A stretch of DNA of 34,961 nucleotides. Origin: Acidimicrobiia bacterium. GTDB lineage: Bacteria > Actinomycetota > Acidimicrobiia > Acidimicrobiales > JAHEJN01. Of this stretch, positions 9,096 to 17,774 are shown in pieces (positions within the stretch are counted from its first letter, which is position 1; every line of letters begins with the position of its first letter). The stretch lies in contig CAWKZT010000003.1 of the NCBI GenBank assembly GCA_963854565.1, positions 1 through 34,961 of the forward strand, written 5' to 3'. The position numbers were made by a program, and so were the translations under genes. Below the pieces are notes generated by a model, which did not search any database, was not told where the DNA came from, and saw nothing but the letters and a program-made list of their open reading frames with translations.

Positions 9096-9821
9096 ATGGC
9101 CATTCCGACAATCAAGGATTCCTACGACATCGGTACACAGTTGTGTGACGACCCGTTGGTTACGGTCATCGACGATTTCCTAGCTGTAGATGACCGCAAT
9201 AGCATCATGGCCCTGGCCGCCGGCAATCTCCACCAGGCCAAGGTCACACTCGACAGCGGTAACGACTACAGCGACAAGCGCACCGGCAGTGTCACCTGGC
9301 TCAAACATGACAACGCCCTCGTGGTCCGAAACCTTGTGACCCGAGTTTCGGACCTCGTGGGGATTTCGTCCCGCTACGCCGAGTCGCTGCAAGTCATCCA
9401 CTACGCCACCGAACAGGAATACAAACCACACTTTGATGGCTGGGATATCAACACCGACAAAGGTCAAGAGAAACTCAAAAAGGACGGGCAGCGCCTCGTC
9501 ACTGCGCTGATATATCTCAATGAGGTCGACGCCGGTGGTGACACAATCTTCCCAAAACTCAACCTCCAAGTGGAAGCCAAACCGGGCCGGTTAGTCCTCT
9601 TTCACGACACCATCTACGGTCAAATCCAGCGCCATCCCCATTCACTTCACGGTGGCATGCCCGTGCACCATGGCGAAAAATGGGCGTGCAACCTGTGGTT
9701 CCGTTCGGTTCCCCAGCGGAGCATCGGCGGAGGTAAGCCCGTAGGCAGCAGTAGGGGCAACGCCGCTGCACGCAACAAAGCCAAGAACGCCAAAGCCGCC
9801 CGCAAGAAACGGCGCCGCTAA
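9096..9821 (+). CDS. Prolyl 4-hydroxylase-like 2OG-Fe(II) oxygenase with a basic C-terminal tail
   Basis: ESLQVIHY, YKPHFD (HxD), GQRLVTALIYLN, GGDTIFP and SLHGGMPV..GEKW. Confidence 0.9.
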   Translation: MAIPTIKDSYDIGTQLCDDPLVTVIDDFLAVDDRNSIMALAAGNLHQAKVTLDSGNDYSDKRTGSVTWLKHDNALVVRNLVTRVSDLVGISSRYAESLQVIHYATEQEYKPHFDGWDINTDKGQEKLKKDGQRLVTALIYLNEVDAGGDTIFPKLNLQVEAKPGRLVLFHDTIYGQIQRHPHSLHGGMPVHHGEKWACNLWFRSVPQRSIGGGKPVGSSRGNAAARNKAKNAKAARKKRRR

Positions 9822-9863
9822 CCCAATTAACTGTTCGGTGCCTAGGGCGCTAGCGTCGCCTAA

Positions 9864-11132
9864 GTGACTAACGGGCCGACCACCGACAAACCCGAGCTTG
9901 AAGTCGGCGCTCGTGCCGCGTTACGAGAACGCAACTTCCGCCTGTTCTTCATCGGTGGGATGATTTCCAACGCCGGCCGTTGGATGTCCAACATCACGCT
10001 GCCGTTCGTATTGTTTGAACTCACCGGCCTAGGACGGTGGGTTGGGATTGCCGCCCTCGCCCAACTCCTCCCAAGTGCGCTCATGGGGCCCCTTGCCGGG
10101 TCGCTATCCGACCGCTACCCCCGCAAAAATATTCTCCTCATTAGCCAATTCGGATCAGCGCTCGTGGCCATCACCTTTGCACTCATGTGGTCAAGTGATG
10201 TTCGCGAGCCCGCGGCCTATGTCGGCGTCTCGGTCGCGGCAGGCATTATTGGTGGACTCGGCATTCCGTCATGGCAAGCCTTCCTAAGTCAGCTCGTTCC
10301 ACGCCACCTTCTCCTCAGCGCTATCACCCTCAATTCGACGCAGTTCAACGCCGCACGAGCAGTCGGGCCGGTTATCGCCGGAGCGGTTCTCAAACTCGCG
10401 GGGCCCACGTGGACCTTCACAATTGACGCGATCTCATTTGTGGTCGTAATCGGCGCTCTATTGCTCATCGATGTGAAACCACGGCCAGCTGTGGATCGTG
10501 CCGGGCGCAAGGTCGCTGGCGAGTTGGTCGACACCGTGCGCTACATCCGTCGCCACGATGGCCTCAAATCGGCAGTGCAAAGCATCGTCTTTGTAGCCGG
10601 ACTCGGTATGCCCATCGTTGCCCTCACCGTCATCTTCGCCGATGACGTGTTCGAGGTCGGGGCCGGTTGGCTCGGTATTATGACTGCAGCCATCGGTGTG
10701 GGTGCTGTGCTTGCTACACCGATGGTCTCCTCAGCCTCCAAGAAAATCCCCCGCAGCACAATGGAGTGGTGGTCACTGGTGCTGTACTCGACTTCAATCT
10801 TTGCCTTCGCAATTGCGCCAGTCTTGGGGCTAGCGCTAGTGGCGCTCCTCTTCGTCGGCGTCGCTCACATCATCACCGCCGCAACACTTAACACCACAAT
10901 TCAACTCCAGGTTGAAGAACACATGCGGGGCAAAGTGTTGTCGGTCTACATCATGGCTCTACTGATTTCGGTCCCGTTCGGCCAATTCGTCATGGCTTCA
11001 CTTGGCGACGCGATCGGCATTCGATGGTCTACTGCTGGTGGTGCGTGCATCTTGCTCATGGGTGCTATTTGGTTAAAGCAATCAGGTCGGCTGGACCACC
11101 TGGACGATGAGGCCATCAACCCCGCCGAATAG
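9864..11132 (+). CDS. MFS transporter (MFS_3/EntS-like)
   Basis: About 12 hydrophobic segments, motif A GSLSDRYPRK, and RNFRLFF and NAARAVGP motifs. Confidence 0.9.
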   Translation: MTNGPTTDKPELEVGARAALRERNFRLFFIGGMISNAGRWMSNITLPFVLFELTGLGRWVGIAALAQLLPSALMGPLAGSLSDRYPRKNILLISQFGSALVAITFALMWSSDVREPAAYVGVSVAAGIIGGLGIPSWQAFLSQLVPRHLLLSAITLNSTQFNAARAVGPVIAGAVLKLAGPTWTFTIDAISFVVVIGALLLIDVKPRPAVDRAGRKVAGELVDTVRYIRRHDGLKSAVQSIVFVAGLGMPIVALTVIFADDVFEVGAGWLGIMTAAIGVGAVLATPMVSSASKKIPRSTMEWWSLVLYSTSIFAFAIAPVLGLALVALLFVGVAHIITAATLNTTIQLQVEEHMRGKVLSVYIMALLISVPFGQFVMASLGDAIGIRWSTAGGACILLMGAIWLKQSGRLDHLDDEAINPAE

Positions 11133-11185
11133 GTGTGGGACAGATCGGTTCTGTTCACTGAATCACCGACAACTAAGATCAGCCC

Positions 11186-12751
11186 ATGAGCGACGAACTT
11201 GGTGAGTTTTATCCCGGCTATCACGCAGCCAACCGACCCGACCATTTGGCGGTAGTCAATGCCACTACGGGCGAAACAATGACCTTCGCCGAGCTCGATA
11301 CCTACGCCAATCAGCTGTCGCATCTACTGCGCTCGTCGGGTCTCGAAGTTGGTGACCACGTCGCTTTCTGCATGGAGAATCGCACCGAATTTCTGGCCGT
11401 CGCCTGGGGGTGCCACTACGCCGGGCTGTACTACACGGCTATCAGTTCACGGCTGACGAGCGACGAGGCGGCGTACATCATCAACGACTGCGGGGCGAAG
11501 GGCTTCATCACTTCTCCCTACCTGGCCGACGTCGCTACCAGCATTGCCGATGACATTCCCAACGCTGCTTTACGACTCTCCTCGGGTGGCGCATTCGATG
11601 GCTACCTGGATCTCACAACCGAGCTATCGAAGCAGCCCACCACGCCCCTCACCAACCGACGCGAAGCGGCAGATATGTTGTATTCGTCGGGCACGACTGG
11701 GCGTCCCAAGGGAGTGAAGCTCAATCCAGACGATGAACCGCTGGGCACCGGGAGCCCGGTTACCACCCTCTCTGTGATGTTGTTCGGCGCTACTCCTGAG
11801 GCGATTTACCTATCCCCTGCGCCGATGTATCACGCTGCCCCACTTCGCTTCAGCCTGTCGATGTTGCGCGTCGGTGCGACGGTCGTGATGCTCGAACGCT
11901 TCGACCCCGAAGCCGCCCTTGCCGCGATCGAGAAGTACCAAGCGACCACCAGTCAGTGGGTGCCGACCATGTTTGTCCGCATGCTGAAACTGCCGGAGGA
12001 AACCCGCGCAAAGTACGACGTGTCGTCTTTGCAGGTCGCCGTCCACGCGGCAGCACCGTGTCCCATTGAGGTCAAAGAGAAGATGATCAACTGGTGGGGT
12101 CCGGCCCTGCACGAGTACTACGCCGGGACCGAAGGCAACGGTTTTTGCTACACCAACTCCCATGACTGGCTCACGCATAAAGGCACCGTGGGTAAGCCAC
12201 TCACCGCGCCCGTACACATCGTGGGGGAAGACGGCGAAGAGGTCCCAACAGGCGAGGAAGGCACGGTCTACTTCGCCAGCAACGACTTCAGCTATCACAA
12301 CGACTCGGCTAAAACCGAGGACGCCCGCCATCCCAACGGCTGGTCAACGTTGGGTGATGTCGGCAAGGTCGACGAAGATGGCTTCCTTTACCTCACTGAC
12401 CGCAAGGCATACATGATCATTTCCGGTGGGGTAAATATTTATCCGCAAGAGGCGGAGAATGTCCTCACCATGCATCCCGACGTGATTGATGTTGCGGTTA
12501 TCGGTGTACCAAACGATGACTTCGGCGAAGAGGTGAAGGCCGTGGTGCAACCCGCAGTCATGCCTGCCGATGCTGACGCCGCCGCAAAACTAGAACGCAC
12601 ACTCATCGCCTATTGTCGCGGCCAACTCGCCGACGTTAAATGTCCGCGGTCAGTCGACTTCCGTTCCGAACTCCCCCGACACCCGACCGGCAAGCTTTAC
12701 AAGCGACTACTCAAAGACGAATACTGGCAGGCCGCCGACCGCCGGATCTGA
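11186..12751 (+). CDS. Acyl-CoA synthetase (FadD-like AMP-binding enzyme)
   Basis: YSSGTTGRPKG, EYYAGTEG, GDVG..DEDGFLYLTDR and TGKL. Confidence 0.95.
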   Translation: MSDELGEFYPGYHAANRPDHLAVVNATTGETMTFAELDTYANQLSHLLRSSGLEVGDHVAFCMENRTEFLAVAWGCHYAGLYYTAISSRLTSDEAAYIINDCGAKGFITSPYLADVATSIADDIPNAALRLSSGGAFDGYLDLTTELSKQPTTPLTNRREAADMLYSSGTTGRPKGVKLNPDDEPLGTGSPVTTLSVMLFGATPEAIYLSPAPMYHAAPLRFSLSMLRVGATVVMLERFDPEAALAAIEKYQATTSQWVPTMFVRMLKLPEETRAKYDVSSLQVAVHAAAPCPIEVKEKMINWWGPALHEYYAGTEGNGFCYTNSHDWLTHKGTVGKPLTAPVHIVGEDGEEVPTGEEGTVYFASNDFSYHNDSAKTEDARHPNGWSTLGDVGKVDEDGFLYLTDRKAYMIISGGVNIYPQEAENVLTMHPDVIDVAVIGVPNDDFGEEVKAVVQPAVMPADADAAAKLERTLIAYCRGQLADVKCPRSVDFRSELPRHPTGKLYKRLLKDEYWQAADRRI

Positions 12752-12755
12752 CCCA
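12730..12755 (+). repeat. 26-bp direct repeat, copy 1 (3' end of the acyl-CoA synthetase gene including its stop)
   Basis: GGCCGCCGACCGCCGGATCTGACCCA is identical to 13283-13308. Confidence 0.97.
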
Positions 12756-12929
12756 GGCCAGGCTGTACCGGGACTCTAGCCGGGAACGCAAAACGCCCCG
12801 CCTCTTCATCGACAATTGGTTTTGTCAAACCGGGCGTTGCAACCCGCAATCTCTCTGTGCCAGGATTTAGTTTCATAATGAGATCAGGGGCGCAGACAGT
12901 GGACCCTGGCCAACCACAAGGAGAGCGTC

Positions 12930-13232
12930 ATGTTGTTCATGATCGAATTCAAACTAAACCACGAGCAGAAAATGGAAACGTTAGGAGCCTTCAGCGGAAT
13001 GACCGCAGATGATGATGCTGCCGTAGAGCAGGCGCACGGCTTCAAACAGATCGGCCGGTGGCATGACATCGCTAACGGGCGTGGGGTCGCAATCGTTGAA
13101 GCAGAGTCGGCGGAAGCAGTGCACGGCTTCCTCCTCATGTGGGCCGGTGGCAGCAACATAATGAACATCACCCCAGTGCTCGACGACTCGGGAGCGCGAG
13201 CGGTCATTAGCGGGTATCTCGCCAGCCAGTGA
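12930..13232 (+). CDS. DUF3303 family small protein
   Basis: 100 aa with MLFMI, IGRWHD..GRGVAIVEAES and ITPVLDD pattern. Strong SD AAGGAG and CATAAT (12874-12879) upstream. Confidence 0.85.
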   Translation: MLFMIEFKLNHEQKMETLGAFSGMTADDDAAVEQAHGFKQIGRWHDIANGRGVAIVEAESAEAVHGFLLMWAGGSNIMNITPVLDDSGARAVISGYLASQ

Positions 13233-13282
13233 ATTCGTTGCGGCTGGGCCTGGTGAGCGACCCTCAATCGCAACCAGCGTTC

Positions 13283-13308
13283 GGCCGCCGACCGCCGGAT
13301 CTGACCCA
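13283..13308 (+). repeat. 26-bp direct repeat, copy 2 (att-like or target duplication)
   Basis: Identical to 12730-12755, offset by 553 bp. Confidence 0.97.
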
Positions 13309-13337
13309 AAATTTGCTGCAGTTCCGCATTCCGAGAC

Positions 13338-14789
13338 GAAACCCTTCCGTACCCGAATATTTCCGACGCGTGCGCTGAAGCACTAGACAAACGTGTCATT
13401 TGTGACATGTTCGAAGGTCATGCCCCGTACACGGCTCGCTACATACTTCCCGACTACGAAAAAGCAATCCACCAAGGTTTAGCCTTCCTGGAGATGCCGC
13501 CACCCAACGATCTCGATGACGCATTGTCGTTCCTCCAGATTATGTACACCTACGTCCCCAGCGTGACGTCCTACCCGGTTTATCTCGGCGACCTTGACAA
13601 GGTTCTCGAGCCATTCGTTACCGATGCAATTAGCGACGAAGAACTCGATCGCAAGCTTCGTCGGTTCTGGATTGGTATCGACCGCATGCTGCCCGACGCA
13701 TTCGTCCACGTCGATCTCGGGCCCCACGACAGTCGAATCACCCGGTCAATTTTCCGTGTCGAACGATCGCTTCGCCAAGCGGTCCCGAACATCACCTTGA
13801 AAGTCGATCCCAGTATTACCCCCGATGATCTCATCGAAGACGGCGTACGTACGGTGTTCGAAACGGCCAAGCCACATTTCGTCAATCATCCGATGATGGT
13901 CGGCGATCATGGTGAGCAGTACGCCGCTGTGAGTTGCTACAACTCGCTCAAAATTGGTGGCGGAGCCCACACCTTGGTGCGGATGAATCTAAAGGAAGTT
14001 GCCCTACGCCACGACGGCACCGCAGAGGAGTTTCTGACCACGACGCTGCCGCACTATGTCGAACTGACGGCCGAACTCACCGAAGCGCGCATCCGTTCCC
14101 TCGTAGAAGATCAACACTTCTACGACACCCACTGGCTCGCCGCCGAGGGTTTGATCGACATCGATCTCTTCTCCGCCATGTTCGGAATTTTTGGGTTGGC
14201 CGAATGCGTCAATCTTCTGCAGGCCTACGAAGGCAACCCCGAGTCCCAGTACGGTCACGACGCCGCCGCCGACCAGCTCAGCGTGCGCATCGTAGAGCGC
14301 GTGGCCGAACTCGTTGCGGCTCGGCCGATGCCTTATTGCGAAGGCGGCGGTGGACGCTGCTTCTTGCATAGCCAAAGTGGGATCGACCTCGATGACGAAG
14401 TTACCGCCGGCACCCGAATCCCCGTTGGAACCGAGCCAGACATGTTGCAACACATCGCCATCTGCGCTCCTCACCACCACCTCTTCCCCGCGGGGATCAG
14501 CGACATTTTCCACGTAGACGAGACCGCTGTTCGTAACCCGCAAGCTGTCGTCGACATCATTCGCGGTGCCTTCACCAGTGGCATGCGGGACTTTACGTTC
14601 AATCTCGACAACAACGAATTCGTTCGCATCACCGGCTATCTCGTACGCAAGAGCGACCTAGCCGCCATCGCCGAAGCGAAGACGGTCCGCCACACCAGTG
14701 ACCACCTCGCCGCCGGCAGTGAGGACGCCTATCACCTCACCCAGCGAGCGGTGAAGCGGATTAGTTGCCGCGAACGTGACCCCCACTAA
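13338..14789 (+). CDS. yjjI: YjjI family glycyl radical enzyme, apparently 5'-truncated (first in-frame ATG at 13407)
   Basis: ICDMFEGHAPY, VPSVTSYPVYLG, Cys loop VSCYNSL and glycyl loop RITGY. YjjI-like sequence ETLPYP begins at 13338, upstream of the first ATG. An in-frame TGA lies at 13302. Confidence 0.9.
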   Translation, partial: ETLPYPNISDACAEALDKRVICDMFEGHAPYTARYILPDYEKAIHQGLAFLEMPPPNDLDDALSFLQIMYTYVPSVTSYPVYLGDLDKVLEPFVTDAISDEELDRKLRRFWIGIDRMLPDAFVHVDLGPHDSRITRSIFRVERSLRQAVPNITLKVDPSITPDDLIEDGVRTVFETAKPHFVNHPMMVGDHGEQYAAVSCYNSLKIGGGAHTLVRMNLKEVALRHDGTAEEFLTTTLPHYVELTAELTEARIRSLVEDQHFYDTHWLAAEGLIDIDLFSAMFGIFGLAECVNLLQAYEGNPESQYGHDAAADQLSVRIVERVAELVAARPMPYCEGGGGRCFLHSQSGIDLDDEVTAGTRIPVGTEPDMLQHIAICAPHHHLFPAGISDIFHVDETAVRNPQAVVDIIRGAFTSGMRDFTFNLDNNEFVRITGYLVRKSDLAAIAEAKTVRHTSDHLAAGSEDAYHLTQRAVKRISCRERDPH

Positions 14790-15513
14790 CGGCCTTATTG
14801 CTGACACGGTCGCGTTTAGCAACGTTGATGGTCCCGGCAATCGGTTTGTGGTGTTCCTGCAAGGCTGCAATTTTGATTGCATTGCCTGTCACAATCCCCA
14901 GACCATCCCCGGCCACGATCCGTTGGATGGGTTTGGACCCCAGCGATCTTCCATCACTGAATTGCTGACACAAATCCGGCGGGCCGCCCCATTCATCAGC
15001 GGGGTCACCGCATCGGGTGGCGAAGCAACACAACAATCTGCGTTCTTGAGCGACCTGTTTGGGGCAATCAACGCCGACCCAACGTTGGCTCACCTCACAA
15101 CATTCGTCGATTCCAATGGTGCCTGCGATGCGGGCACGTGGGACATGTTGGCCCCCGTTATCGATGGCGCCATGATCGATCTCAAATGTTTCGACTCGAC
15201 CATTCACGAGCAGATGACCGGTCATCCCAATGATGAAGTCCTGGCCAGCATTTCCCATTTGCAGGAACAGGGTTTGCTTTACGAGGTCCGACTCCTACTG
15301 CTCGCGGGGGTAAACGACGATCCCGAACTACTCACCGAAACTGCCGAATGGCTCGCAGCCCTCAACCCCCACATGCGGATCAAGATCATTGGCTTTCGGC
15401 CCCATGGGACACGACCCCATAGTCCACCCATGATCAAGCCCACCGCCAAAGAACTCCAAAGTTGTGCCGACATCTTCACAACGGCGGCCCCGTTCGAAAT
15501 CCAGATCATTTGA
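14776..15513 (+). CDS. yjjW: YjjW family glycyl-radical activating enzyme (radical SAM)
   Basis: FSNVDGPGNR, CxxxCxxC (CNFDCIAC-HNP), SGGEAT, DSNG and MIDLK. Overlaps the yjjI stop. Confidence 0.92.
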   Translation: MTPTNGLIADTVAFSNVDGPGNRFVVFLQGCNFDCIACHNPQTIPGHDPLDGFGPQRSSITELLTQIRRAAPFISGVTASGGEATQQSAFLSDLFGAINADPTLAHLTTFVDSNGACDAGTWDMLAPVIDGAMIDLKCFDSTIHEQMTGHPNDEVLASISHLQEQGLLYEVRLLLLAGVNDDPELLTETAEWLAALNPHMRIKIIGFRPHGTRPHSPPMIKPTAKELQSCADIFTTAAPFEIQII

Positions 15514-15539
15514 CCTGGCTATTTCGGGGTGCGGTCGAC

Positions 15540-17000
15540 TCAGTTACTGCGGCGCTGCCGCCGCTGGGCGTAATCCCAAGTGTGCGCCAAGGCTGCTACG
15601 GCACGTGACGCTGATGGATAGCAATATTTGCCTGTAGCGCGCACTGTTTCGGGGCCCGGGTTGTTGGGATCAGCTACCGCGAACTCGGTCGCAATGAGCA
15701 CCGGTTTGCCCGATGTTTCCGACGCTTCTGCTGCTGCTTCGGCATAACGGGTGTCTTGGCGTTCGTGGTAGGCCACGATCCGTTCGAGGCCATAATCGGG
15801 GTAAAATCCGCCTTCGCGTTGAAGCCGGGCCTGGTTGGACTGGATGCCGATTCCCAGAAACAACACCGCGTCGATGGCCGGGTGACTGGCGACAATGGTG
15901 AGAATGTCCGGGACGGTGTCGCGGGTCTCGCCACCCGCTATGTCAATCGGGTTGTTGCGACTCCACCGGGGTGGAACCAGCTTGGCGATGTCGTCAAAAA
16001 GATCCTGCGGAAGGTCGGCGAGTTCCAGTCGACTGCCCGAAATTGCGTCGGCGGCAAGCACCCCCCAACCGCCAACAGTCGTGACTACGGCAACCCGAGG
16101 ACCCTTCGGCAACGGTTGGGTCGCAAACGTGGCGGCAGTATCAAACGCTTCTTCAAGACCGTCCGCTCGGACGGCACCTGCCTGACGGATTGCTCCGTCA
16201 AATACACGATCATTTGTCGCTAGTGATCCGGTGTGGCTTGCCGCAGCCTTGGATCCCTCGTCGGATGCGCCGCCCTTCACCAGGACAATCGGCATTTGTG
16301 CGGCAACCGAGGTGACCCGGTCCATGAACGCCCGCCCGTCGGTAAGCCCCTCGACGTAGGCCAACGCAACTGACGTGGCGTCGTCGGTGCCGAACCATTC
16401 GAGGTAGTCGCTGACATCGAGCATGGCCGCGTTACCAGCACTAATTGCCCGGCTCACGCCAACCCCACTGGCGCGAGAAAGGTTGAGGAACGTGGACACC
16501 AGATTGCCCGACTGGCTCACCACACCAATGCTTCCCGCCGGCGGGTACGGCGCCACGATCTGGGCACACATGTTGACGGGCGTCGAAATGACGCCTTGTC
16601 CATTTGGCCCGGCAATTACCATGCCTAGTTCTTCGGCCAAGGCCACTAACTCACGCTCGGCCTGTGCTCCGTCGTCGCCCGCCTCTTTGAAACCGGCTGA
16701 AGTAATAAAGGCCGCCTTTATGCCTTTGGCCGCAGCCTGCCGCAAGAGACCGGGGACGACCTTGCCGGGGGTGCAAACAAAGACCAAGTCGGCGGCACCG
16801 TCAGGGATCTCATCAAGTGACCCAACGGTCTGAACGCCGAGCACATTTTCGGCTTCGAGATTGGTGGCATACACATTGCCTTCGTACCCGTTGGCCAAAA
16901 GGTTGTGCAGTGATACGAACCCGAACTTGCCGGGATGGGTGCTCGCCCCGGCGATAACAACCCCTTTGGGGTTAAACAGTGGCGACAGATCGCGGCTCAT
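15540..17000 (-). CDS. ADP-forming acetate/acyl-CoA ligase alpha subunit (CoA-binding)
   Basis: AGASTHPGKFG, ITSAGFKE, GPNGQG, SQSG, phospho-His motif AAASHTGSLA and NNPID. Confidence 0.9.
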   Translation of the reverse strand: MSRDLSPLFNPKGVVIAGASTHPGKFGFVSLHNLLANGYEGNVYATNLEAENVLGVQTVGSLDEIPDGAADLVFVCTPGKVVPGLLRQAAAKGIKAAFITSAGFKEAGDDGAQAERELVALAEELGMVIAGPNGQGVISTPVNMCAQIVAPYPPAGSIGVVSQSGNLVSTFLNLSRASGVGVSRAISAGNAAMLDVSDYLEWFGTDDATSVALAYVEGLTDGRAFMDRVTSVAAQMPIVLVKGGASDEGSKAAASHTGSLATNDRVFDGAIRQAGAVRADGLEEAFDTAATFATQPLPKGPRVAVVTTVGGWGVLAADAISGSRLELADLPQDLFDDIAKLVPPRWSRNNPIDIAGGETRDTVPDILTIVASHPAIDAVLFLGIGIQSNQARLQREGGFYPDYGLERIVAYHERQDTRYAEAAAEASETSGKPVLIATEFAVADPNNPGPETVRATGKYCYPSASRAVAALAHTWDYAQRRQRRSN

Positions 17001-17665
17001 AGCGTCACCACCAAAGCGTCGACCGCAACGGGTTTCCCGTCCACCACGATGAGCGGATTGACATCAATTGACGTCAATCCCTTGACCGATGCCGCGGCAG
17101 CGCCTACGGCCAACAGGGTTTCGGCCAGTGCTTGGCGGTCAACCTCGGGTTCGCCTCGGAAGGGACCGAGCAACGCTTGACTGGCTAAGTCATCGATCAT
17201 CTCATGGGCATCGAACTGTGTGATAGGCAGCAGCCTAAAAGCCACATCGGCCAGGACCTCAGTGAAAATACCGCCAATGCCAACCATGATCGTCAAACCG
17301 AATTGTGGGTCAGTCGCCACGCCCACAATGAGTTCACGGTTGCCGCTCACCATCTCGGCAACTAACACGCCAACGTCACCGTCGCCGGGTTGCGCGGCGG
17401 CTAATAGTTCTTGAGCGGCAGCGCCGACTGCGTCTGTATCTCCCAGTCGAAGTTTGACCAGGCCTCGTTCAGTCTTGTGCGCTATCGCCCGGCCACACAG
17501 CTTTACCACCACCGGGAATCCTATGGTTGTTGCGGCGCGCCCTGCGTCCTCGCTCGACTGGACAAGGCGTTCAGCGGCCACCAATACGCCATGTTGAGCG
17601 AGCAACTGCTTGGACTCGTGTTCAGACCACGTGACCTCGTGTGTGTTCGTCGCATCGGCTGTCAT
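16997..17665 (-). CDS. ADP-forming acetate/acyl-CoA ligase beta subunit (ATP-grasp)
   Basis: SEHESKQLL, GFPVVVK, AHKTERG, DPQFG, GIGGIFTE, DVNPL and AVDAL. 4-nt overlap with the alpha gene. Confidence 0.9.
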   Translation of the reverse strand: MTADATNTHEVTWSEHESKQLLAQHGVLVAAERLVQSSEDAGRAATTIGFPVVVKLCGRAIAHKTERGLVKLRLGDTDAVGAAAQELLAAAQPGDGDVGVLVAEMVSGNRELIVGVATDPQFGLTIMVGIGGIFTEVLADVAFRLLPITQFDAHEMIDDLASQALLGPFRGEPEVDRQALAETLLAVGAAAASVKGLTSIDVNPLIVVDGKPVAVDALVVTL

Positions 17666-17774
17666 GTCGATCGGCTCCCCATCGTTGATCGGCTAACCCT
17701 ACTGGCGACCAGTGGGGCGACTCCCAACCGAGAAGCGGGTTGCGTCCGCGACTCTTTGCGGCAACGCTGGAGAG

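Noticed and set aside
12792-12853. Hairpins (AACGCCC/GGGCGTT, GACAA/TTGTC, TTGC/GCAA) as an ncRNA
   Set aside because: No recognisable family motif. They are adequately explained as a terminator or promoter region of the cassette.
12753-13253. CCAGGCC / GGCCTGG as terminal inverted repeats of the DUF3303 cassette
   Set aside because: Only 7 bp, GC-rich, and not symmetrically placed relative to the 26-bp direct repeats.
13394-13407. Palindrome TGTCA-N4-TGACA before the yjjI ATG as an operator
   Set aside because: It lies within conserved coding sequence (VICDM), so it is probably coincidental.
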